Below, in pieces: positions 30,101-38,935 of a stretch of 64,000 nucleotides of DNA. A program made the translations under genes and the position numbers. Source of the stretch: a virus; IMG/VR virus record IMGVR_UViG_3300025508_000006, positions 32,001 to 96,000 of that record. One strand, given 5' to 3'. Under the pieces are notes generated by a model that was not told where the DNA came from, made no database searches, and saw only the letters and a program-made list of their open reading frames with translations. Within the stretch, counting starts at the first letter, position 1. Each line of letters begins with the position of its first letter.

Positions 30101-33100
30101 TTACGCCGGTAATTATAGTGGCAACTATATTTCAGATTATACGAATGAGTTTGAAACCACATACATCGGTGACTATGGCGGTGAATATGTTTCTACTTAC
30201 GCTGGTAATTATAGTGGCAACTATGTTTCAGACTATCTTAATGAGTTTGAAACCACATACGCAGGTGATTATGGTGGACAATATACTTCTACTTACGCTG
30301 GTAATTATAGTGGCAACTATGTTTCTGACTATCTTAATGAGTTTGAAACACCATACGTAGGAAATTATAGCGGTGAATATGTTTCTACTTACGCTGGTAA
30401 CTACCAAACACAATACGCCAATGACTATACTAATGAGTTTGAAACAACTTATACTGGTGATTATCTAGGTAACTATGAAACTGATTATGCAGGCAATTAT
30501 ATTACTCAATACTCTGCCGAATATCAAGTACCTTACACTGGTGTTTACACAGGCGATTACATCTCTGACTATATTGGTGATTACATCTCACCTTATGATG
30601 GCGCTCTGTACACTTCAGATTATATCTCTACTTACGAAAGTGCATATGGTGGTCAATTTGAATCATCATACACTGGAGTATTTGACGGAACAACATACTC
30701 AGGAAACTATGCTAGTCAATACGTAGGCAACTACATTGGCCTATACAACAAGAACTACGCGACAGCATATGAAGGCACTGATTACATATCCACATACGAA
30801 GAAACTTACACTGGAGATTATTCTGGACAATATTCTTCTGCTTATGTAAGCGTTTATGATGCTCAAGCATATGCTACAGCATACGAAGAGAATTATATTG
30901 GAGATTATTCTGGTACATTCGGTGCTACGTTCTTAGGAACTTATGATAGTTCAAACTATACTTCAACATACGTAGAGACTTATGTTGGTGATTATCTTGG
31001 TAATTATGCTTCTGCTTATGTAAGCGTTTATGATGCTCAAGCATATACTGCATCGTTTGACACAACCTATTCTGGTGAGTACTCGGGCGTATTTAACGCA
31101 TCTTTTGCAGGCGAATATGATAGTACACAATATACTTCATCATTTGAAACTACATATGTTGGTGATTATATTGGTCAATTTAGTCAGAACTTTGCTGCCA
31201 GTTTCGACGGAATACCTTATGTAGGATCATTCGAGACAAACTATGTCGGCAACTATCTCGGACTGTTCACAGGTCAGTTCTCAGCATCATTTGCGGGTTC
31301 TGATTACATCTCAATATTTACTGCTCAGTATACTTCGCAATATACTGGACAGTTTAGTGCTACTTTCAATGCTTCTTATGATGCTACAACATATGTAGGA
31401 GATTATGTATCTGGATACGCAACAGCATATAGCGGTGCGTTTGGTGCAACCTTTATTGGCGAATATGATAGACAAGCATATGATACACAGTTTTCAGCAA
31501 CTTATACCGGAAACTATATTGGTCTATTCTCTGCTACATTCTTAGGAACGTATGATAGAACAGGTTATGCTTCTAATTTTACTGCTGACTATACAGGTAA
31601 TTATACTGGTGCCTTCGGTGCTACATTCTTAGGAACGTATGATCGTCTGCAATACACAAATGAATTTGAAAGTGCATATCTCGGCAACTATATCGGACTG
31701 TTCACACAAACGTATATTGGTTCTTATCAAAGAATCAACTATCTTACACAGTACGAAGGCATATACACAGGTGATTATAGTGGTGCCTTCAGTGCTACAT
31801 TCTTAGGAACGTATGATCGTGCTGCCTATGCACGAGAGTATGACAGAGTTTATACAGGTAATTATACTGGCCAGTTCACAGCAAACTATGCCGCGACATA
31901 TGATCGAATTGACTACACTTCTCAATACACGGGCGGTTATACTGGCGGTCCCGCTGAAACTTTCGGTGCTACATTCTTAGGAACGTATGATCGTGCTGGA
32001 TACGTATCACAGTATACGGGTCAATATGTCGGTCAAATTAGCGAAGTGTTTGGTGCTGATTACACAGGTAACTATGATAGTAGTAACTACACTTCGTCTT
32101 ATACTGGACAATATGTAGGACAGATTGCTGAAAACGAGAATACCACCAATCAAGAATCTTTTGATAGTGGTCAATATGCCGCTCAGTACACAGGACAATA
32201 TGTAGGACAGGTTGCTAAAAACGAGAATACCACTAATGCTGAGTCGTATGATAGTTCAAACTACAACACACAATTTACTGGTAACTATACTGGCGGAGTT
32301 ACTGAGAATATAACCCAGTCACAGAACGAATCGTTCGCAAGAGATTCTTACGTCTCACAATATACTGGTCAGTATACTGGTGTAGTAGCACAAAACACTA
32401 ACGAAACCTTTACACAAAACTTTAACGAAGCGGGATCCTATCAGGTTGGTTATGTAGGACAATATATTGGTCAAGTTTCACAGACTCAGCAAACTGGTGA
32501 GAGTGAAAACTTCCAAGTAAATTATACTGGTGATTATACTGGTCAATATATTGGAGTGATTTCACAGACCCAACAGACTGCTACAAATGAAGACTTCAAC
32601 GTACAATATACTGGTGATTATACTGGTCAATATACTGGTGCTGTACAGGAAGCAATATCTTCTACTTACACCGGTGGTTATACTGGTGTTTACAGTGGTA
32701 GTTATACTGGTGGTTATACTGGTGGGGTTTCTCAGACTCAACAGACTGGCATTGCTGAAGCAATAACACAGTCACAGAATCAGTCATTCGCCCGCAATTA
32801 TGCTGGTAACATCTATGGGACTACTTCTCAGGTGTCTCTGGGATATACTTCTGACTCATATAATCTGGTGAGTAGTGTAGGTTATAACCCAATCAATCAA
32901 GGTGGTGCTTTTTACTCTGCCGGATCGATGTCTCCTACCTATTGGGGAGGAGGAGTCAATTCGACAGTCACTAAAGTATACAAAAAGAATAACTTTATAT
33001 ACGACGGCACCGGGCAAGATGAGATGCACCTGTTTTTCGGATCAACCTTCAGTGCATCACAGCAGGGTTCTTTCGGTTCTTTGTTTATATGGTATAGCGG

Positions 33101-36100
33101 GACTAGTACCACTGCGACTGCGGCAGACAGAGCGGGTCATCGATTCTATTCATCACAAGCAACATTGAGTCTCGGCACTAATCAAACGCATTACGCATGG
33201 TTACTGGGCAGTGTAGGTACCCAGTACCCTTTATGGACTTCCAATCTTAATGCTGAGGGTACACCGTGGAATGTTGCTTGGATTCCAAATACAACATCGT
33301 CTACTAATTATAATGCCGGTACGTACACAGGACAATACTCTGGTCAATATGTTGGTGTTTATGTTGGTGGATATACTGGAGTATATACTAGAGTACAACA
33401 AACTACTGTAATCGATAATGTCGCAGAAACAATTCAACAGTCATACACTGGAACATACACTGGTGGATATGAACGATCACAGAATCAAACTTTCAGTGCG
33501 GTCTATGCAGGAACTTATACTGGTCAATATACTGGTGGTTATGTTGGAGCATACGAGAGAGCGCAGAATCAAACTTTCACTGCGGTTTATCAAGGAACTT
33601 ATACTGGTATTTACACGGGTGGTTATGTTGGTCTATACGAGAGAGCGCAGAATCAAGAATTTGCTGTTGTATACACCGGTTCATACTTAGGCGACTACAC
33701 TGGACAATACTCTGGTGGTTATGAACGTGCGCAGGACGAAACATTCGGTGCAACATATATCGGTGACTATATCGGTCAATACTCTGGACAATACTCTGGT
33801 GTATATACACGAGAACAGGCAACAAATTATGCCTCTGATTATCTAGGAACATTTGTCGGTAACTATACTGGACAATACCTTGGATTATATGAACGTGCCC
33901 AGAATGAATCGTTCACCGTAAACTATCAAGGAACTTATACTGGTGGTTATACTGGACAATATGCGGGTCTATATGAACGTGCGCAGGACCAAGCATTCGC
34001 GGCAAACTATCTCGCAACTTTTGAAGGCGCATTCGGAGCGCAGTACACAGGACTATATGAACGTGCGCAGGACCAAACATTTGCTGCCACATACACAGGA
34101 ACATTTGAAGGTAACTATGTATCACAATACACTGGTTCTTATGAACGAGTGCAGGATCAGCAGTTCTCTGCTAACTATCTAGGAACGTTCAACGCGAGTT
34201 ATGCTTCTCAGTACGAAGGCGCGTTCGCTTCCGACTATGCCACACAATATGCTTCACAGTACGTAGGAACATTTGAAGGTGACTATCTATCACAATACAC
34301 CGGTGGATTCACTCAGAACTTTACAGGTCAGTTCGGTGTTAACTATGAAGGAACGTTTGACGGTAATTATGCGACACAGTACGAAGGTAATTTCTCACAA
34401 TCTTTTACTGGTACTTATGCTACACAATATACAGGAACATTTGAAGGTAACTATGTATCAGAATACTCGGGTGCATTTGCCGCTCTTTATACAGGAGACT
34501 TTGCTGCCTCGTATCTAGCAACGTTTGATGGAAATTATGTTAGTCAATATGAAGGTAACTTTGCTGCCAACTTCGGGGCGCAGTTCAGTGAACAATATAT
34601 TGGAACTTTCTCTGGTGACTATGTGTCAGAATATATCGGCGCATTCAATGTTACATATCAAGGCAATTACACTTCTGATTACATTGATACATACACATCC
34701 GATTATGTTTCACAGTATGAGTCGCAGTTCTCCGCTGTATATGCTGGCAACTTCGAAGGTGCATATACAGATGATTATCTTGGCGAGTATGCTAGTCAAT
34801 ACGAAGGCAACTTTAGTGCAACATTCACTGGAACTTATAACGTAGATTACATCGACACATATACCTCTCAATACCTGTCTACTTACGAAGGTGCTTTTCA
34901 AGCACAGTTCATAGGAACATACGACTCACAGTATCTAGGAACTTTCATCGGTGATTATGGTTCAGCATATGAAAGCAACTTTACTGCTAACTTTGATGGA
35001 ACATATGATTCAGCATATATCGACACTTATGCGGGTGATTATATCTCGGCATACACAGGTGCTTTCCAAGCAAACTTTGAAGGAACCTACGACACACAGT
35101 ATCTAGGAACATTTGAAGGCAACTATGTGTCACAGTACACTGGTGACTTTGCCGCAACATTCACTGGAACCTATGACGTTGATTATATTGATACATATGC
35201 TGGTGATTATATCTCGGCATACATAGGTACTTTCCAAGCAAACTTTGTTGGAACATATGATGGTAACTTCACAGGAACTTATGCTACAGGTTACAACACT
35301 GACTATGAAGGAGCGTTCTTAGTTGACTATCTTGGTGATTACATATCTGATTATGTTCCTACATATGAAGGTCAATATGCTACTCAATATGAAGGTGATT
35401 ATGCATCGCAGTACTTAGGTAATTATAACTCTGCTTACACATCCACTTATGACGGTAACTTCACTCAGACATATGCGGGTAACTTTACTGATGTATATGT
35501 TTCTGACACATATATCGGCGATTACATAAATCAGTACACGCAAGATTATGTATCTGGATATGCGACACAGTACGAAGGAGCATTCCAACAGAACTATATC
35601 GGAACTTATGACACTCAGTACGAATCACAATACACTCAAGATTATGTTTCTGACTACGATTCTGGTTATGTCGGTGACGATTTAGAGCAATATGATGGCA
35701 CTTACGGAACTGCATATGCGGGCGACTTCATACAGGACTTTATCACTGACTATGATTCTCAATACGAAGGAGACTTCCAACAGAACTATGTAGGCACTTA
35801 CGGAACTGCATATTCTGGAGACTTCGTACAGGATTTTATCACTGACTATGATTCAGGTTACGAAGGAGACTTCCAACAGAACTATGCTGGCACTTACGGA
35901 ACTGCATATGCGGGTGACTTCATACAGGACTTTATCACGGACTACGATTCTAGTTACGAAGGAGATTTCCAACAGAACTATGTAGGCACTTATCAGACTG
36001 CCTATGCTGGAGACTTCACTGCGGACTATCTTACTCAGTACACAGCATCTTACGATGGCACTGTCTATGCTGGAACATACGACTCAAATTATATCAATCA

Positions 36101-37718
36101 GTATGAGTCAGACTTTACTGAACAATATACTGGTGAGTACGACGACATTGATTATGCAGGTAATTATATCAGTGACTTCGAAACTGATTACACGGGTTTC
36201 TATACCTCAGATTACATAGGCGATTATCAGAGTAATTATCTAGCAACATACGCAGGATTCTACGAGACTGCATTCACTGCAACTTATGCAAGTGAATATA
36301 CTTCTAACTACGATGATCAAGATTATGCTGGCAACTATGTTAGTCTTTACACTGGGGATTTCATTGGACAATATACTTCAACTTATGAGACTGCTTATGA
36401 TGACATCAACTACGTAGGCAACTATATCAGTGACTATGTTGGTGACTATAGCGGTGATTATGTAACAGATTACGTAGGGGATTATCAGAGTGATTACCTA
36501 GCAACATACGCAGGATTCTATGAGACTGGATACCTTACAACATATGGAAGTGAATATACTTCTAACTATGACGACATTGATTATGCTGGTAATTATATTA
36601 GTCTTTACATTGGCGACTTCATTGGACAATATACTTCAACTTATGAGACTGCTTATGACGACATTGATTATGGTGGTAATTATATTAGTGACTATGTTGG
36701 TGACTATAGTGGTGATTATGTAACAGACTACATAGGCGATTATGAGAGTAATTATCTAGCAACGTATGCAGGATTCTATGAGACAGAATACCTTACAACA
36801 TATGCAAGTGAATACACGTCCAACTATGATGATCAAGATTATGCTGGCAACTATGTTAGTCTTTACATTGGTGACTTCATTGGACAATATACTTCAACTT
36901 ATGAAACCGCATATGATGACATCAACTATGTGGGTAATTATATTAGCGACTATGTTGGTGACTATAGCGGTGATTATGTAACAGATTACACTGGAGTTTA
37001 CGAAGAGCAGAACTACCTCGGCAATTACGTATCAACTTATGATGATATTGAATATGAAGGTAACTATGATTCAATCTACACTACAGATTATCTTGTTGAC
37101 TTCGAGGGTAATTACTTAGGTGATTACAACACAATCTACGAAGGAACTTATGAGTCTTTATATTCAGGTGACTTCTTACAAGGATTTGATGGAGTCTATG
37201 AGGGTGGTTTCGATTCTACTTACGCAGGTGATTACGGTACTACTTACGCAGGAGACTATGAGTCAAACTACACACTAACTTATGTTGGTGATTATCTTGG
37301 TGACTATACTCCATCGTACTCAACTCTATATGCTGGCAACTACACAGGCACTTATGACGCTGATGCAGTAGATGAGTCTTACACTGTTGATTATATCGAA
37401 CAAACTTATGATACGGACTACACAGTAGACTATCAAGAGGATGTCTATCTGGGCAACTATATAGATACATTTGACGGCGCAGATGTTGAAGAGACTTACG
37501 TTTCCTCTTATGACGATGTTGATTATTCTACTGACTATTCTTCTGACTACGATAATGTCGATGCAATAGAGAACTATCAAGATGCTGATTACACAGGAAC
37601 ATATACTCAAGACTATGCGATAGATTATCAAACATCTATATTATACGGTGTTGGTGGCAAGTTACTTGCTAATCCAGTACAAATTGAAACATACACATTA
37701 TATGTAAGGGTAGCATAA
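27189..37718 (+). CDS. Giant Tyr/Gly/Asp tetrad-repeat virion fibre protein (3509 aa)
   Basis: Uninterrupted ORF under a late promoter. About 420-aa N-terminal domain, two arms of about 1450 aa with (Y/F)xxx repeats flanking a non-repetitive domain of about 165 aa, and a short C-terminal strand (ETYTLYVRVA). Confidence 0.8.
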   Translation: MSLPLKHLGTGALQELATLDIDYLAYQAGIHLGKMSNEDVSAISTNGSGATVVGSFTDTLYETTVGSTPGTTYTVNFTVEHRSNPGTGTHTAIFTAQNEMPSPLYVGDTVYVIVNGDAITGFEEIGHELAVSGDALFVTEGVNTTPTANSVDGTRVEWEDFQNVAGLSGSYQSAFEIKVTQVGLLNFTLTANSTDVDNTIKQTANTSIIFPTVEVEETLPPESIGVQTDLYQKTTASQPINTTSALKKNPIYWNRALTPNGVKEMNDAELDAFCEELVIRIMRDELPGTYRLSSNSPGANWVQFIPSVFEDTRADGTTVPYSIWIRQAGIKPTVIRPVYVARNVENGWAGLKEHTDAEVEFTFGERVKKAIETTGIGKYQLRSSTQGAPTDAGTWVARGSAIDTRLEYFYDTGYQALETYTSQYTEDYLGEYEATYAGNYEPTYTGEFTGDYLGTYDGDFIGNYTPTYDGDYLGDYSQNYLGDYNTEYTQNYLGDYVNQYTPTYDGADYISDYENTYDADAVIEQYASDYESVDYVGNYISDYNTDYISDYTNTYLSDYSGTEYVGNYISDYLGGFQTDYLGNYISNYIDDVYVGNYITDYTSDYISNYLGSYDGDYLGDYGASYEGAYDNSYEGDFQATYAGDFTADYLGTYLTDYDSQYEGQFSENYDGDYISDYLGTYSSGYESEYETGYITQYEGAYDESEYVGNFVASYDNSYEGDFQATYAGDYISDYLGTYLNDYDSQYEGQFADNYAGDYISDYLGTYASGYESDYSTDYLTQYEGAYDESVYVGNFVASYDNSYEGDFQATYAGDFTADYLGTYLNDYDSQYEGQFADNYDGDYISDYLGTYTSGYVSDYSTDYLTQYEGAYDEANYLGNFVADYVSDFEGAYTNLYAGDYISDYLGTYAGEYESAYATNFDGIYVGGFDTDYTATFDGEYENTYIGNYVSDYLNEFETTYTGDYGGEYTSTYAGNYSGNYISDYTNEFETTYIGDYGGEYVSTYAGNYSGNYVSDYLNEFETTYAGDYGGQYTSTYAGNYSGNYVSDYLNEFETPYVGNYSGEYVSTYAGNYQTQYANDYTNEFETTYTGDYLGNYETDYAGNYITQYSAEYQVPYTGVYTGDYISDYIGDYISPYDGALYTSDYISTYESAYGGQFESSYTGVFDGTTYSGNYASQYVGNYIGLYNKNYATAYEGTDYISTYEETYTGDYSGQYSSAYVSVYDAQAYATAYEENYIGDYSGTFGATFLGTYDSSNYTSTYVETYVGDYLGNYASAYVSVYDAQAYTASFDTTYSGEYSGVFNASFAGEYDSTQYTSSFETTYVGDYIGQFSQNFAASFDGIPYVGSFETNYVGNYLGLFTGQFSASFAGSDYISIFTAQYTSQYTGQFSATFNASYDATTYVGDYVSGYATAYSGAFGATFIGEYDRQAYDTQFSATYTGNYIGLFSATFLGTYDRTGYASNFTADYTGNYTGAFGATFLGTYDRLQYTNEFESAYLGNYIGLFTQTYIGSYQRINYLTQYEGIYTGDYSGAFSATFLGTYDRAAYAREYDRVYTGNYTGQFTANYAATYDRIDYTSQYTGGYTGGPAETFGATFLGTYDRAGYVSQYTGQYVGQISEVFGADYTGNYDSSNYTSSYTGQYVGQIAENENTTNQESFDSGQYAAQYTGQYVGQVAKNENTTNAESYDSSNYNTQFTGNYTGGVTENITQSQNESFARDSYVSQYTGQYTGVVAQNTNETFTQNFNEAGSYQVGYVGQYIGQVSQTQQTGESENFQVNYTGDYTGQYIGVISQTQQTATNEDFNVQYTGDYTGQYTGAVQEAISSTYTGGYTGVYSGSYTGGYTGGVSQTQQTGIAEAITQSQNQSFARNYAGNIYGTTSQVSLGYTSDSYNLVSSVGYNPINQGGAFYSAGSMSPTYWGGGVNSTVTKVYKKNNFIYDGTGQDEMHLFFGSTFSASQQGSFGSLFIWYSGTSTTATAADRAGHRFYSSQATLSLGTNQTHYAWLLGSVGTQYPLWTSNLNAEGTPWNVAWIPNTTSSTNYNAGTYTGQYSGQYVGVYVGGYTGVYTRVQQTTVIDNVAETIQQSYTGTYTGGYERSQNQTFSAVYAGTYTGQYTGGYVGAYERAQNQTFTAVYQGTYTGIYTGGYVGLYERAQNQEFAVVYTGSYLGDYTGQYSGGYERAQDETFGATYIGDYIGQYSGQYSGVYTREQATNYASDYLGTFVGNYTGQYLGLYERAQNESFTVNYQGTYTGGYTGQYAGLYERAQDQAFAANYLATFEGAFGAQYTGLYERAQDQTFAATYTGTFEGNYVSQYTGSYERVQDQQFSANYLGTFNASYASQYEGAFASDYATQYASQYVGTFEGDYLSQYTGGFTQNFTGQFGVNYEGTFDGNYATQYEGNFSQSFTGTYATQYTGTFEGNYVSEYSGAFAALYTGDFAASYLATFDGNYVSQYEGNFAANFGAQFSEQYIGTFSGDYVSEYIGAFNVTYQGNYTSDYIDTYTSDYVSQYESQFSAVYAGNFEGAYTDDYLGEYASQYEGNFSATFTGTYNVDYIDTYTSQYLSTYEGAFQAQFIGTYDSQYLGTFIGDYGSAYESNFTANFDGTYDSAYIDTYAGDYISAYTGAFQANFEGTYDTQYLGTFEGNYVSQYTGDFAATFTGTYDVDYIDTYAGDYISAYIGTFQANFVGTYDGNFTGTYATGYNTDYEGAFLVDYLGDYISDYVPTYEGQYATQYEGDYASQYLGNYNSAYTSTYDGNFTQTYAGNFTDVYVSDTYIGDYINQYTQDYVSGYATQYEGAFQQNYIGTYDTQYESQYTQDYVSDYDSGYVGDDLEQYDGTYGTAYAGDFIQDFITDYDSQYEGDFQQNYVGTYGTAYSGDFVQDFITDYDSGYEGDFQQNYAGTYGTAYAGDFIQDFITDYDSSYEGDFQQNYVGTYQTAYAGDFTADYLTQYTASYDGTVYAGTYDSNYINQYESDFTEQYTGEYDDIDYAGNYISDFETDYTGFYTSDYIGDYQSNYLATYAGFYETAFTATYASEYTSNYDDQDYAGNYVSLYTGDFIGQYTSTYETAYDDINYVGNYISDYVGDYSGDYVTDYVGDYQSDYLATYAGFYETGYLTTYGSEYTSNYDDIDYAGNYISLYIGDFIGQYTSTYETAYDDIDYGGNYISDYVGDYSGDYVTDYIGDYESNYLATYAGFYETEYLTTYASEYTSNYDDQDYAGNYVSLYIGDFIGQYTSTYETAYDDINYVGNYISDYVGDYSGDYVTDYTGVYEEQNYLGNYVSTYDDIEYEGNYDSIYTTDYLVDFEGNYLGDYNTIYEGTYESLYSGDFLQGFDGVYEGGFDSTYAGDYGTTYAGDYESNYTLTYVGDYLGDYTPSYSTLYAGNYTGTYDADAVDESYTVDYIEQTYDTDYTVDYQEDVYLGNYIDTFDGADVEETYVSSYDDVDYSTDYSSDYDNVDAIENYQDADYTGTYTQDYAIDYQTSILYGVGGKLLANPVQIETYTLYVRVA
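28446..32810 (+). repeat. N-arm coding repeats (12-nt tetrads; higher-order 255-nt x3 and 96-nt x4 units)
   Basis: GATAACTCATACGA at 29076, 29331 and 29586 (255-nt spacing); 96-nt units from 30024. Confidence 0.9.
33308..37640 (+). repeat. C-arm coding repeats (12-nt tetrads; higher-order 96-nt x3-4 and 258-nt x3 units)
   Basis: GGCACTTA at 35697, 35793, 35889 and 35985; GCAAC.TA.GCAGGATTC at 36243, 36501 and 36759. Confidence 0.9.
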
Positions 37719-38191
37719 TGACAGTGGAATTTTTAGACAATGGATTTTGGGAAAACGAAGAAAAGACAATACTTAAATGTATTCGCTTAACTCCTATACC
37801 AGAAGGAGGTAGAAAGAAAGACGTTCTTGAACTACGTAAGATATTGCCGGACGGTTCAGAATGTCCTCAGTTCAAGCAGTGTATCGCACAGCATGGTATA
37901 GCAAAGATTGATGCTAATACGCAAGTTCGAAAGGATACTAAAGAGAAAGAAGATCGAGAGAAACGTGCTATACACGAGCAACGTAAAAAATCTCACGAAC
38001 TTGAACAACTCTTTAATGCCAAACTACAAGCATTCGAAATTGATGAGATCAAGAACTCAACAAATCGCGAGTTGCGTTCTAAACTACGTAGGGCGAAGAA
38101 TGTTATTGAAATGAATGCATTGGCAGCATTAGTGATTGGAAGTGAACTTGGTTATTTTAAAAAGGTAGATGAAGATGAGCGAACCGACTAA
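37718..38191 (+). CDS. Hypothetical protein, possible fibre chaperone/accessory
   Basis: Start overlaps the giant gene stop; charged and helical (LF.AKL.AFEI.EIKNS.NR..RSKLR.AK). Confidence 0.6.
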   Translation: MTVEFLDNGFWENEEKTILKCIRLTPIPEGGRKKDVLELRKILPDGSECPQFKQCIAQHGIAKIDANTQVRKDTKEKEDREKRAIHEQRKKSHELEQLFNAKLQAFEIDEIKNSTNRELRSKLRRAKNVIEMNALAALVIGSELGYFKKVDEDERTD

Positions 38192-38933
38192 AGGTTATGT
38201 TATTGTAGCATCACGAAAGAAGTTTTTTTATGTCTCTGCCATTAATTTGATGGAGTCAATCAAAGATTATTATCCTGAAGCACAGATTACATTTGTAGTA
38301 GAAGAAAAGTTTCTTGACGGACAAGAAAGAATTGCAGACAATGTTATATTCTGCGACGATCATGCTAGAGCAAAACTGATTGGTATGGCAAAGTCTCCGT
38401 ATGATATAACGTTTTATGTCGATGCTGATATAGAATGTGAACATGAAGACATTGCAACTATCTTTGATAAACTTGATGGACACGATTTGATGTTTACTGG
38501 TTTACCTGCTGATAGGCATTATTGCTATGCCGAGGTGTTCTTCGAGGGTGCAAGAAAACCAGACGGCACTAAAGCAGGATTTGAATTGTGTGGTGGTGTT
38601 TGTCTATATGATATGCGTAAACCCTTAGTTCGTTCATTCATGCAAGATTGGTATGACTTGACTGTTGCTCAGTACGGTAAAGTTTGGTGGCCAACATTAG
38701 AAGATGGAGTGACCGAAGATTTAGAAAATTATCCTGCAACTCTGAAGAGATGGGATCAATTCTCACTGTGGTGGTTAGTCAATAAAGAACCTAAGTACAA
38801 AGATTTGAAAGTCGGTATACTAGAAGACGATGCTCGGTGGAACTTTTATTCCAAATATAAATATGATCACAACAAGGATCCTGTCGTATTGAGACACTAT
38901 TCTTCTTCTGGAGCAAAGCAACTGGATTTTTAA
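38175..38933 (+). CDS. GT-A fold glycosyltransferase-like protein
   Basis: GYVIVAS....Y..A.NL..SIKDYYP, SPYD.T.YVDAD (DxD), GGV.LY, WDQFSLW, RWN and terminal HYS. Confidence 0.75.
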   Translation: MSEPTKGYVIVASRKKFFYVSAINLMESIKDYYPEAQITFVVEEKFLDGQERIADNVIFCDDHARAKLIGMAKSPYDITFYVDADIECEHEDIATIFDKLDGHDLMFTGLPADRHYCYAEVFFEGARKPDGTKAGFELCGGVCLYDMRKPLVRSFMQDWYDLTVAQYGKVWWPTLEDGVTEDLENYPATLKRWDQFSLWWLVNKEPKYKDLKVGILEDDARWNFYSKYKYDHNKDPVVLRHYSSSGAKQLDF

Positions 38934-38935
38934 AT

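Noticed and set aside
28306-37631. Many short alternative-frame and antisense ORFs within the giant gene and other structural genes
   Set aside because: By-products of repetitive, biased codon usage; no independent signals.
28446-37640. Repeats as a CRISPR array or non-coding satellite
   Set aside because: All repeats are in-frame with synonymous variation, there are no unique spacers, and no cas genes are present.
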